Shown here one piece after another: positions 19,958 to 29,069 of a stretch of DNA of 64,000 bases. The DNA lies in contig CAWGHZ010000007.1 in NCBI GenBank assembly GCA_963822575.1, positions 1,024,739 through 1,088,738 of the forward strand, in the 5' to 3' direction. The position numbers and the translations under genes are program-made. Each line of letters starts with the position of its first letter. Positions within the stretch are counted from its first letter, which is position 1. The notes beneath the pieces were generated by a model that worked only from the letters and a program-made list of their open reading frames with translations, searched no databases and was not told the DNA's origin. This stretch comes from an uncultured Alphaproteobacteria bacterium (GTDB lineage Bacteria > Pseudomonadota > Alphaproteobacteria > MPNO01 > DASWLB01).

Positions 19958-21241
19958 CGCGAACGCAACGAAGCGCTGACCCGGGTCGGACCGGGCACCC
20001 CGATGGGCGAGCTGATGCGCCGCTACTGGCAGCCGATCGCCGCCGTCTCGGAGCTCGACGACAGCCCCACCAAGCCCATCCGGCTGATGGGCGAGGACCT
20101 GACGCTCTACAAGGACCTCTCGGGCAATCTCGGGCTGATCGACCGGCACTGCCCGCACCGTTCGTCCGACATGTCCTACGGCTATGTCGAGAAGTGCGGG
20201 CTCCGCTGCAACTATCACGGCTGGCTCTACGACCACGAGGGGCGCTGCATCGAGCAGCCCTACGAGGAGGCGGTTGACCCCGCCGGCCGGTTCAAGGAGA
20301 AGATCCGCATCAAGGCCTATCCGGTGGAGGCCAAGGCGGGCCTCGTCTGGGCCTATCTCGGGCCCGAGCCGCGGCCGCTGGTGCCGACCTGGGAGCCGTT
20401 CACCTGGCCCAATGGCTTCGTCCAGATCGTGCTGTCGGAGATCCCCTGCAACTGGTTCCAGTGCCAGGAGAACTCGATCGATCCCGTGCATTTCGAATGG
20501 ATGCATTCAAACTGGAAGGTCCGGCTCGAGGGCCGCACCGGCCCCTACACGCCCAAGCACGTCAAGGTCGATTTCGACGAGTTCGAGTGGGGCTTCGTCT
20601 ACAAGCGCATCCTCGAGAACACCGACGACAAGAACCCGCTATGGACCGTCGGGCGCACCTGCCTCTGGCCCAACGCGCTGTTCACCGGCAACCATTTCGA
20701 GTGGCGCGTGCCGGTCGACGACGAGAACACGCTCTCGGTCGGCTGGTTCTTCAACCGCGTGCCGAAGGACAAGGAGCCGTTCGAGCAGAAATCCATCCCC
20801 TACTGGTACTCGCCGATCCGGGACGAGAAGACGGGCCGCTGGATCACCAGCCACGTGATGAACATGGATTTCATCGCCTGGATGGGGCAGGGGCGCGTCA
20901 CCGACCGCGGGCGCGAGCATCTCGGCCAGTCCGACCGCGGCGTGATCGCCATTCGCAAGCGCTTCTTCGACGACATGGAGCGGATCGAGAGGGGCGAGGA
21001 CCCGAAGGCGATCATGCGCGACCGCACGCGGAACTCGTGCATCGACCTGCCGATCCCGTTCCGCGCCGGCGCCGAGCAGGGGCTGACCCGCGCCGAGCTG
21101 GAGAACAAGGGCAACGTCGAGGGCGCGGCCGCCCGCAAGTTCATCTTCCAGTACGGCCAGCCCGAGCACGTCCGCCGCGCCTACGAGGACGCGATGGGCA
21201 TCACCATGGACCGCTCCGGCTTCGTCGAGGCGGGAGAGTAG
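19958..21241 (+). CDS. Rieske non-heme iron aromatic ring-hydroxylating oxygenase alpha subunit (phthalate-family type)
   Basis: Rieske motif CPHRSSDMSYGYVEKCGLRCNYHGW; mononuclear Fe motif DPVHFEWMH. Confidence 0.8.
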   Translation, partial: RERNEALTRVGPGTPMGELMRRYWQPIAAVSELDDSPTKPIRLMGEDLTLYKDLSGNLGLIDRHCPHRSSDMSYGYVEKCGLRCNYHGWLYDHEGRCIEQPYEEAVDPAGRFKEKIRIKAYPVEAKAGLVWAYLGPEPRPLVPTWEPFTWPNGFVQIVLSEIPCNWFQCQENSIDPVHFEWMHSNWKVRLEGRTGPYTPKHVKVDFDEFEWGFVYKRILENTDDKNPLWTVGRTCLWPNALFTGNHFEWRVPVDDENTLSVGWFFNRVPKDKEPFEQKSIPYWYSPIRDEKTGRWITSHVMNMDFIAWMGQGRVTDRGREHLGQSDRGVIAIRKRFFDDMERIERGEDPKAIMRDRTRNSCIDLPIPFRAGAEQGLTRAELENKGNVEGAAARKFIFQYGQPEHVRRAYEDAMGITMDRSGFVEAGE

Positions 21242-21245
21242 TCTG

Positions 21246-21386
21246 TCAGACGGTGCGGCGCCGCCGCGCCCAGCCGAGCCCCACGAGGCCGAAGCCGAAC
21301 AGGGAGAGGGACGCGGGCTCGGGCGCCGGAGCCGCTCGATGCCGGCGCCAGGAATCGTGGTCGTCACGAGGTGATCGACGCTCGGG
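21246..21386 (-). other. PEP-CTERM sorting signal coding segment in frame downstream of the TAA of the preceding ORF
   Basis: In-frame translation ...APAPEPASLSLFGFGLVGLGWARRRRTV-stop; near-identical to C-terminus of gene 24188-25540. Confidence 0.6.
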
Positions 21387-22151
21387 TTACGTTGTCCCGT
21401 CGAATGGTCGGCCCCGAGCGGGGGCAGCGGTGTAGAAGCCAAAGATCTCGCCTTTCCCGAAGATCGCCGTCGAGAGGTAGAGGCCGTTCGGCTGCACTCC
21501 GTGGGGCAGCTCGGAGTAGCTCGCCCCCGCACTGGCAAGCCCGGTCGCGTTCACCGAATTGGGCGATGACAGGAGAATGCCGCCGCCCTGTTGGGTGCTG
21601 CTTTCCGTGCCGAGATGCCGGTCGAACAGGTCGAAGTTGAAGTCACCGAGCACCTGGTTGACGTGCTGGGTGATCGCGGCGCCGCTGCCGTCGTCCGCGC
21701 CGAGCACGATGCCGCCGTGCCGCGATCGGCGAGGCGCGTGCCCCTCGTTCTTGGTGAAGTTTGTCTGGTCGGTATTGCCGTTGTTGCGCAACGACAGACC
21801 ATCCATGATCCACTGGTCGTGGGCGGCGTTGAACGTGTGCAGGGCGGAGAGGTCGGCCGCATTGAAAGCTCGCGACGGATCGGCTGGGGTACCGGTGTTG
21901 CCGAAGGTCCCGTCGTTCCACACCCAGATCTCGACGATGTCGGAATGGTCGGTCAGGTTGGACGCAATAACGCCAGGATTGAATGCGTCCGAGTAGACAT
22001 CGAAGCCCGCCGCCGTCAGGGGCGCCCCGACGGTGTTGGTTCCGGTTCCGTTGATCACGAGGATGCCGGCCGCCTGTGCGCCGGTCGCGCCGGCGAGCGC
22101 CACGGTCGCGCCGACCGCGAGGGCGGCAAGGACAAGGTTTCTGCACGGCAT
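21387..22151 (-). CDS. secreted hypothetical protein; reading frame continues past a TAA into a PEP-CTERM tail
   Basis: Signal peptide MPCRNLVLAALAVGATVALAGATGAQA; 254 aa then TAA at 21387-21389. Confidence 0.6.
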   Translation of the reverse strand: MPCRNLVLAALAVGATVALAGATGAQAAGILVINGTGTNTVGAPLTAAGFDVYSDAFNPGVIASNLTDHSDIVEIWVWNDGTFGNTGTPADPSRAFNAADLSALHTFNAAHDQWIMDGLSLRNNGNTDQTNFTKNEGHAPRRSRHGGIVLGADDGSGAAITQHVNQVLGDFNFDLFDRHLGTESSTQQGGGILLSSPNSVNATGLASAGASYSELPHGVQPNGLYLSTAIFGKGEIFGFYTAAPARGRPFDGTT

Positions 22152-22303
22152 TGATGCCTCCCGTCATGTATCGACGTTCGGCCGGACGGGGCGGCCGCCG
22201 CACGCCCTTCGGCGGGGCCTTCCGGTCATAGGGTCGGAAACGTAGTGGCGGGGAGGCTCGGCCGCGCCCTACGAACGTAGGGGATCGTCGTTGAGCCGGC
22301 GGA

Positions 22304-23437
22304 TCAGCCGAGCGGCGGCGGCAGGTTCCCGACCAGCCGGACCAGCTCGGCTTGGCGGCGCACCCCCATCTTGTCCATCGCCTGGTACAGATGGAACCGC
22401 GCGGTGGTCAGGCGGATGCCGCGTTCGGCGGCGTGCTCGGCGAGGCTCTGCCCGGCATAGAGGGCCGCCGCAAGCTCGGCCTCGCGCCGGGTCAACCCGA
22501 ACGCCTTGGCGATCCGCCCGGCGGCCGGCACCTCGATGCGACCCGGATCGTGCAGGAAGGCGATGGCCGCGGCGCGCGCCCCGGGCCCGTCATCCGCGTC
22601 CGGCAGGGGCAGGCGGCGCACGGACACGAGATAGGCCGGCGCGCCCGACGGGCGCGGCACGAGCAGTTCGCCGCCGGGCCGGACCGCCGCGTCCAGGCTG
22701 CCGTCGAGGAACGCGGCAAGGGTCCGGGCGAACCGTCGGCGTGCACCCGGGTCCGCGAAGGAGAGCTGGCCACCCGTCGCGGTCAGCCCGTCGCCCGCCC
22801 GGAAGATCGCCTCGGCGGCGGGGTTGGCGTGGATCACCCGCCCCGCCGCGTCGAGCAGCACGACGCCGGCGCCCATCCCGTCCACCAGATCGACGAAGAC
22901 ACCGGTCCGCGCGCGATAGGCCTCCAGCCGCAGGTGGGTGTCCAGCGCTTGGCGCAGATGCGGGATCAGGCGCGCCAGCCGGCGCGCATCGCTCCGTGTC
23001 GCGTGGCCGTCGTGCGGCGAGCGGTGGATCGCGGCGAAGCCCACCACCTGGCCCGGCCGGTTCGCCAAGGTGGCCGACAGGAAATAGCGTAGATTCTCCG
23101 GCCCCAGGAAGTCGGCATAGAACTCGTCACGGTCCATCTCGGATTCCGAAATGAAGTCGTGGTCGTACCCGACTTGGCCTGGCCGCCGGCTTGCGATATA
23201 GCCGATCCGCGGGCAGATTTTTGCGTAATGGGCGAGGTAGGCGTCGATGCCGTGGTCGGGCAGGCGGCTTCCGCCTGCGAAGAAGCCCGGCACGACGCCG
23301 GTGCCGTGATGCACCTCGATCGTCGCGTCGGTCCCGCCGACATAATCGGCAACCGCCGTCAGCGCGGCCGGCCACCCTCCGGCGTGTACCGAGGCGGCGT
23401 AAATCTTCTCGATAACCGAAAGTATGGTTGCGCCCAT
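22304..23437 (-). CDS. LuxR-family transcriptional regulator (C-terminal HTH; N-terminal domain unknown)
   Basis: C-terminus FGLTRREAELAAALYAGQSLAEHAAERGIRLTTARFHLYQAMDKMGVRRQAELVRLV. Confidence 0.75.
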   Translation of the reverse strand: MGATILSVIEKIYAASVHAGGWPAALTAVADYVGGTDATIEVHHGTGVVPGFFAGGSRLPDHGIDAYLAHYAKICPRIGYIASRRPGQVGYDHDFISESEMDRDEFYADFLGPENLRYFLSATLANRPGQVVGFAAIHRSPHDGHATRSDARRLARLIPHLRQALDTHLRLEAYRARTGVFVDLVDGMGAGVVLLDAAGRVIHANPAAEAIFRAGDGLTATGGQLSFADPGARRRFARTLAAFLDGSLDAAVRPGGELLVPRPSGAPAYLVSVRRLPLPDADDGPGARAAAIAFLHDPGRIEVPAAGRIAKAFGLTRREAELAAALYAGQSLAEHAAERGIRLTTARFHLYQAMDKMGVRRQAELVRLVGNLPPPLG

Positions 23438-23908
23438 CGCTCAGCTTGCCGTTCCCTGCACGCCATTATGTCCAGATGTCCAGTATTCCGTAAAGTCCCG
23501 TTTTCGACAACATATAGTTCTTAAAACAGAACGAATATCTGCGAGCAAGACGTGTTGTCCCGCTGCGGGTTTCGCCAACGTTCGCGGCGTGGAGTAGGGG
23601 TTGGTCCCCGCCGCGATGAAGAAGATGGTCAATGTCGCGGGCGCCGCCGCCCGCAAGTTCACCGGCTTCGTCGAGAGGGGGGAGTAATCCTGCATCCTGG
23701 TCGCCCTGGGGGAGCCGCGAAGCAGCCGCCTCGAAGGCGCAAGGTAAGGCGCGGCCGGAGTTATGGGTGCACCGGGGACCACAGGGCGGGGTCGACCATG
23801 TGCCCCCGCCTGGCGGAGGCCTCGGGGTGCCGGAAGCCGTGTATGGCATCGAAGCGGCGACGCGGGTCCGGTGACAACCAGGTACTGGCTCAAATCAATT
23901 CCGCGACG

Positions 23909-23931
23909 ACGGTGACGGCCTCACCGTTTTT
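23909..23931 (+). terminator. intrinsic terminator inside the LuxR / PEP-CTERM intergenic region
   Basis: ACGGTGA-cggcc-TCACCG followed by TTTTTGT; plus-strand orientation only. Confidence 0.5.
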
Positions 23932-24187
23932 GTAAGTTTTTTGGCAAGTCTTCTTGCCCATACCTTGGCCTGTCGGAAAATTTTACAGTTGTTTTCTATT
24001 ATGTCCCGGAGTGTGTCGATAGATTTTACAAATCGCTGACGGCGACTATGTACCGTTCCAACTAAATCATTGAAGTCTATGGATTTCTTTGTCTGGCACG
24101 GTTCTTGCTATGGTTGCTGTGCCGCGGGCCTCAACTCCCTATCCGACCGCGGCGGCTGGTGAGGTCGTCAAAACAAGGATACATTTC

Positions 24188-25540
24188 ATGACAAGGCTTG
24201 TGACCTTTGGGTTTCGACCCGGGCGCCGCCGGGCGCTGATGGCGGTGCTGGGCGGTGCGACGGCGCTGCTGGCGGCACAGGCGCCGGCCGTCTCCGAACC
24301 GATTAACGTCGACAACTCCTTCAACTTCCGCGACTTCCGCACACCGAACTCCGCGGGTCTCGGTAGCGGGGACTTCATCACGTTCGGCGTGCTCGCGACG
24401 CCCAACAACACCGATACGGTCGTCACCGCCAGCCAGAACGGGGCAAGCTTCAGCGTGCCGTTTTTGGGCCCGACCGCGTCGCCCGACGAGTTCGTCCGTT
24501 CGCGGCCGTGGTCCATCACGCCGCATGGCCAATGGGACTTCACTTTATCGAACGGGACCGATATCGCGACCGCGATGAGCGAAGGGGCCGGCGATGCCGT
24601 GCGCCTTCCGGTCGTCACCAACATGGCGCTGACGCCGAACGCGACCGATCCAACCATGCCAACTCTGACCTGGACGAATCCGACGCCGCCTACGGGTGGC
24701 GAGATCAACAAGCTGTCGATCTCGATCTTCGACCTCAGCAACTTCCTCGCTCAGGGCTCGCTCGGGGTCGGGCAGCAGGGGGTGGCAAACCGCGTGTTCA
24801 CAACCGGGATCGACCCGACCGCGACATCGTTCACCGTCCCCACCGCGGCCAATCTGAAAAGCGACCAACTCTATACGGTGGCGATCCAGACGGAGGACCT
24901 CCGCAGCAATTCCGGAACGGGAGCCGGACCCAACATCCTGAGCCTGACGCGGGCCTTCTTCGATTTCAACACGGCGCAGCAGAACCTGCCCGGCGGCACC
25001 AGCGGCCCAGTCTATCTGCCGATCGTCAATTCCAGTTCGGGCACACCGGTTTACAGCTTCAATGTCGACGTGACCGCGAACCAGCCGGTCCTGATCGATC
25101 CCGAAGTTGCGGTCGGCTACGACTACGCGATCGGCGCGGGGGATCCGAACTTTGCCTCGGTCACGCTGCCCGATGTCGGAAGCGGCATGTACGAGCTCTA
25201 CTTGTTCGACACGAGCGATGTGGCGTTCGACACCGGCATCGGCATCCTGGCCGACGTAACGTTCGACTTCACCAGCAATTCGCGGCTCGATCCGTTCCTG
25301 GGCACCGATCATAGCGGTGGCGTCTCAAAGTTCCGCATCCTGGGGATCGACGCGGCCGCCATGCTCGACCCGCACGACACGCAGGCCTTCGTTTCTGCGC
25401 TGACCTTCGTCGGCGGAGGCACCTTTACCGGCACGATGACGCCGATAACAGTGAACACGCCCGAGCCCGCTTCGCTCGCGCTCTTCGGCTTCGGCCTCGC
25501 CGGGCTGGGATGGGTGCGGCGGCGGCGGCAGGCGGCGTGA
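24188..25540 (+). CDS. secreted PEP-CTERM protein, function unknown
   Basis: Signal peptide MTRLVTFGFRPGRRRALMAVLGGATALLAAQAPA; C-terminus TPEPASLALFGFGLAGLGWVRRRRQAA; AAGGA RBS. Confidence 0.75.
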   Translation: MTRLVTFGFRPGRRRALMAVLGGATALLAAQAPAVSEPINVDNSFNFRDFRTPNSAGLGSGDFITFGVLATPNNTDTVVTASQNGASFSVPFLGPTASPDEFVRSRPWSITPHGQWDFTLSNGTDIATAMSEGAGDAVRLPVVTNMALTPNATDPTMPTLTWTNPTPPTGGEINKLSISIFDLSNFLAQGSLGVGQQGVANRVFTTGIDPTATSFTVPTAANLKSDQLYTVAIQTEDLRSNSGTGAGPNILSLTRAFFDFNTAQQNLPGGTSGPVYLPIVNSSSGTPVYSFNVDVTANQPVLIDPEVAVGYDYAIGAGDPNFASVTLPDVGSGMYELYLFDTSDVAFDTGIGILADVTFDFTSNSRLDPFLGTDHSGGVSKFRILGIDAAAMLDPHDTQAFVSALTFVGGGTFTGTMTPITVNTPEPASLALFGFGLAGLGWVRRRRQAA

Positions 25541-25576
25541 GGGTTGCCTGGATCGGCTTTCGTTCCTATATGCATT

Positions 25577-25615
25577 CGGCGCGCCCTTCGGTCGGGCGCG
25601 CCGGAATTTTTCTTC
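25577..25615 (+). terminator. rho-independent terminator after PEP-CTERM gene
   Basis: CGGCGCGCCC-ttcggtc-GGGCGCGCCG followed by GAATTTTTCTTC. Confidence 0.6.
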
Positions 25616-25653
25616 AGTCAGTTGAGGCGATATGTACGCAATTTCAATGGGTT

Positions 25654-25782
25654 ATGAGGCGACATAGAGGCGACATAAGGCGACATTGAGGTTACCTAGA
25701 GGAGACATAGAGGCGACATGAGGTTACCTCGGGGCGACCTTCGGGCGACGCCGAGGCGACGTCAGAAGCCGTAGAGGCGCGC
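25654..25782. repeat. ~12 tandem copies of a degenerate 11-bp unit (consensus TAGAGGCGACA)
   Basis: Read directly: atgaggcgaca tagaggcgaca taaggcgaca ttgaggttacc tagaggagaca tagaggcgaca tgaggttacc tcggggcgacc ttcgggcgacg ccgaggcgacg ...; last units overlap 3' end of the amidohydrolase gene. Confidence 0.6.
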
Positions 25783-26652
25783 CGGGTTGTCGACGAGGAT
25801 CGCATGGCGCGTCGCCGCGTCGGGAGCCCAGTCGGCGAGAAGCTCGACCAGCGCCGCGTCGTCCGGCATGGGATAGTCCCAGACGCGCACGTGGGGCCAG
25901 TCGGTGCCCCAGATCATCCGGTCGGGGCGGGCCTCGATCAGCGCGCTTGCATAAGGCAGGACGTCGGCATGTTGCGGCGCGGGGCTCTTGCCGAACCGGC
26001 TGGGGCCGGCCAGCTTGACCCAGCAGCGGCCCGACTTCGCCAGCTCCATCAGCAGCTTGAAGCCCGGCTGGTCGGTCCCGCGCGGGTCCGCCACGTCCCA
26101 GCCGCGCCAGGCGAAATGGTCGAGCACCACCTCGATCGGCAGGTCGCGAAGGCGCGGTCCGATCTCGGCCCAGGACGCCTTGTTCGACGGCATGTAGAGT
26201 ATGTGCCAGCCCAGGGGCGCGATGCGCGCCGCGAGCCGGCGCAAATCCTCGAAGCTCGGCTCGCCGCCGAACAGGGGCGTCAGGCGCACGCCGCGGATAC
26301 CCGCCGCGTGCCAGCTTTCGAGCTCGGCGTCGGTCATGTCCGGCCGCATGATGGCGATGCCGCGCGCCCGCTCGCCCAGCACGCCGAGGGCGTCGAGCGT
26401 GACCGATACGTCCTCGCCGTGCGCCACCACGTGCACGATCACGCAGCGCGCCCGGCCGAGCATGTCGAGCATGTCGCGCAGCTTCGCGACCGGCGCCTCG
26501 GGGGCTGTGTATTCGCGGTGCGGCTGCATCGCGAACCGGTCGTAGGGGCCGAGCACGTGGACGTGGGTGTCGCACGCGCCGGCCGGCAAGGCGAGGCGCG
26601 GTGCGCGCGGCGGCAGCGGCCCCGGGCAGGGGCGGGGGGTATGGTCTGTCAT
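25762..26652 (-). CDS. amidohydrolase-2 family, 2-pyrone-4,6-dicarboxylate lactonase (LigI)-like
   Basis: CDTHVHVLGP, IWGTDWPHV, ILVDNPARLY motifs resembling LigI. Confidence 0.65.
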   Translation of the reverse strand: MTDHTPRPCPGPLPPRAPRLALPAGACDTHVHVLGPYDRFAMQPHREYTAPEAPVAKLRDMLDMLGRARCVIVHVVAHGEDVSVTLDALGVLGERARGIAIMRPDMTDAELESWHAAGIRGVRLTPLFGGEPSFEDLRRLAARIAPLGWHILYMPSNKASWAEIGPRLRDLPIEVVLDHFAWRGWDVADPRGTDQPGFKLLMELAKSGRCWVKLAGPSRFGKSPAPQHADVLPYASALIEARPDRMIWGTDWPHVRVWDYPMPDDAALVELLADWAPDAATRHAILVDNPARLYGF

Positions 26653-26729
26653 GGCCGAATTGGAGCCGGTCCGGCGTCGGAACGCAAGCCCGGCTGGCGC
26701 CGCGCCGCCGCGATGCCTAGATTGGGGCC

Positions 26730-27566
26730 ATGGCAGACCCCTCCGACAAGCCGGGCGACAAGCCGCGCCACCCGCACCAGGCCTATCACAACCCGGCCTT
26801 CATCGAGAGCCGCGACGCCCGCGCGCTGCGCATCCTCGCCGAGTACCTGGAGCCCTCGAGCCGCTTTCGCCACTATTCGGTCGAGGACACGATCGTGTTC
26901 ATGGGCTCCGCCCGGCTGATCTCGCGCGAGGCGGCGGAGTCCGCCCTGGCCGAGGCGCGGCTCGCCGGCGCCGACCTGGCCAGGGCCGAGCGCCGGCTCG
27001 AACTGTCCGAATATTACGAGGCGGCGCGCGAGCTGGCCCATCGCCTGACCGCCTGGTCGAAGGGGCTGGGCGAGGGGCACCGGCGCTTCGTCGTCTGCAC
27101 CGGCGGCGGGCCGGGGATCATGGAGGCGGCGAACCGGGGCGCGTCCGAGGCGCGCGGGATCAATGTCGGGCTGTCGATCTCGCTGCCGCAGGAGGAGTAC
27201 CTGAACTCGTTCGTCTCGCGCGAGCTGGGCTTCAACTTCCACTACTTCTTCATGCGGAAGTTCTGGTTCGCCTATCTGGCGAAGGCGGTGATCTTCTTCC
27301 CCGGCGGGTTCGGCACGCTGGACGAGCTGTGCGAGCTCCTGACCCTCATGCAGACGCGCAAGATCCACAAGAACCTTCCGCTGGTGCTGTACGGCTCGGC
27401 CTACTGGGACCGGATCATGGATTTCGACGCGATGGTCGAGGCCGGCACCATCGACGCGGCGGACCTCAAGCTCTTCCGCCGCTGCGATACGGTGGACGAC
27501 GCGTTCGCGTACCTGACCGAGGAGCTGACGCGCCATGCCTTGACCCAGCCGGGCGCGATCCTGTAG
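26730..27566 (+). CDS. LOG-family protein (TIGR00730; cytokinin riboside 5'-monophosphate phosphoribohydrolase-like)
   Basis: GGGPGIMEA ... PGGFGTLDE motifs. Confidence 0.8.
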   Translation: MADPSDKPGDKPRHPHQAYHNPAFIESRDARALRILAEYLEPSSRFRHYSVEDTIVFMGSARLISREAAESALAEARLAGADLARAERRLELSEYYEAARELAHRLTAWSKGLGEGHRRFVVCTGGGPGIMEAANRGASEARGINVGLSISLPQEEYLNSFVSRELGFNFHYFFMRKFWFAYLAKAVIFFPGGFGTLDELCELLTLMQTRKIHKNLPLVLYGSAYWDRIMDFDAMVEAGTIDAADLKLFRRCDTVDDAFAYLTEELTRHALTQPGAIL

Positions 27567-27619
27567 CGCGACGGGCGGCGGACCATTATCTTCTGCCGGG
27601 CATTGACGGAGGAGCGAGC

Positions 27620-28186
27620 GTGGAGGCGATCGAGCTATTGGGCGGGCGCCAGTCGATGGGCGCCGATTTCATGGCTGAACCCGGGCCGAGCGACGAGGAC
27701 CTGGACAAGATCCTGACCGTGGGGCTGCGCGTGCCCGACCACGGAAGGATGTTTCCGTGGCGCGTGCAGGTGCTGAGGAAGGACGCGCAGCAGCGCCTCG
27801 CCGCGCTCTACGTCGCGCGGTACAAGGCGCTGCACCCCGACGCCCGCCAGGGCGAGCTGGACAAGGAGACGCGCCGGCCGCAGCGCGCACCGCTGCTGCT
27901 CGTCGTCTCCAACCGGCTGGTCGCGGGCCACAAGATCCCGGTCCTCGAGCAGACGCTGTCCGGCGGCGCGCTCTGCATGAACATCCTGAACGCCGCGCAC
28001 GCGCTCGGCTACGTCGCCAACTGGGTGACCGGCTGGCCGGCCTACGACCCGGAGGTTCGTGCCGCGCTCGGCGTGCCCGAGGGCTCGCAGATCATCGGTT
28101 TCATCCATATTGGCAGCCCCGGCGGTGCGCCGCGCGAGCGCCCGCGCCCCGACATGTCCCAGGTCGTCGAGGAGTGGCGCGGCTAG
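27620..28186 (+). CDS. nitroreductase-family protein
   Basis: GTG start after GGAGGAG RBS; 188 aa nitroreductase-like. Confidence 0.7.
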   Translation: MEAIELLGGRQSMGADFMAEPGPSDEDLDKILTVGLRVPDHGRMFPWRVQVLRKDAQQRLAALYVARYKALHPDARQGELDKETRRPQRAPLLLVVSNRLVAGHKIPVLEQTLSGGALCMNILNAAHALGYVANWVTGWPAYDPEVRAALGVPEGSQIIGFIHIGSPGGAPRERPRPDMSQVVEEWRG

Positions 28187-28199
28187 GCTGCCGTTCGCG

Positions 28200-28916
28200 C
28201 TACAGATCTTCGCAGCCGGCGCGGCGGACGAAGTATTCCCAGCTCCGCTCCATCGAGAGCGGCGAGACCACCATATCGGCGCAGTGGCCGACCTCGCCCG
28301 GCGTCAGGAACTCGATCTGGCCGAGCGACGAGGCGGCGAGCTGAAGCGCGGCGTTGACCTGCGTGTAGATTGCGATCATCACCGCCGAGCGGATGTCCGG
28401 CGCCGACACCACGCAGCCGTGGCCCCGCATCAGCGTCACGGTGTGTGCGGCGTGGGTGGTGGCGAGGTCGCGCCCGTGCTCCATGTTCTGCACCAGAAGG
28501 TTGGTGTCGCCGAACTTCTTGCGGATGTCCCAGACCGGAATCTCGGCGCCCATTCCCCCCGAGGTATGCAGTAGCGGCCTGAGCTTCGCCCCAGTTACCG
28601 TGAATGGAATGACGGCATAGCTGTGGTTGTGGATGACCGCGCCGATCTCGGGCCGCGCCTCGTAGATCGCGCCGTGGATGTGGCGCTCGGCGTAGAGGCG
28701 CCGGCCGCGGTCGTTGAACGGGTTGCCCACCAGCGTGCACTCGACCAAGTCGTCGCGCTCGACGAGCTCGGGCGCGCGGGCGCGCGAGATGAAATAGCGC
28801 GACGGGTCGTCGGGATGGCGGATCGAGGCATGGCCGAACGCGTCGACCACCCCCTCGCGGGCGAGGATGCGGTTGGCGATGACGAGGTCGTGCAGCGCTT
28901 GATCGAGCTCGGGCAT
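28200..28916 (-). CDS. class II aldolase/adducin-family protein
   Basis: 238-aa ORF MPELDQALHDLVIANRILAREGVVDAFGHASIRHPDDPSRYF... resembles class II aldolase/adducin N-terminal domain proteins. Confidence 0.8.
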   Translation of the reverse strand: MPELDQALHDLVIANRILAREGVVDAFGHASIRHPDDPSRYFISRARAPELVERDDLVECTLVGNPFNDRGRRLYAERHIHGAIYEARPEIGAVIHNHSYAVIPFTVTGAKLRPLLHTSGGMGAEIPVWDIRKKFGDTNLLVQNMEHGRDLATTHAAHTVTLMRGHGCVVSAPDIRSAVMIAIYTQVNAALQLAASSLGQIEFLTPGEVGHCADMVVSPLSMERSWEYFVRRAGCEDL

Positions 28917-29069
28917 GGGTTTCCTCCCCTCGGTGATCGTTGCGGCCCGGCAGCGCCGGTTGGCAGGGCCATCGGATGGCGTTAAGCTTCCCCACGGGCC
29001 GCCGTCAAGAGCGGCCGAGAGATCAAGGGCTCGGCTTCACCGCGTAACCGTACGGGAGACGAAGGTGAG

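Noticed and set aside
23943-23958. Sigma-54 -24/-12 promoter (TGGCAAG-N5-TTGCC)
   Set aside because: The GG-to-GC spacing is one base off consensus and no enhancer-binding protein gene is nearby. It is more simply a short palindrome, GGCAAG-tctt-CTTGCC.
25654-25782. Possible CRISPR array
   Set aside because: The units are 11 bp with no spacers and no cas genes, so it is a simple tandem repeat.
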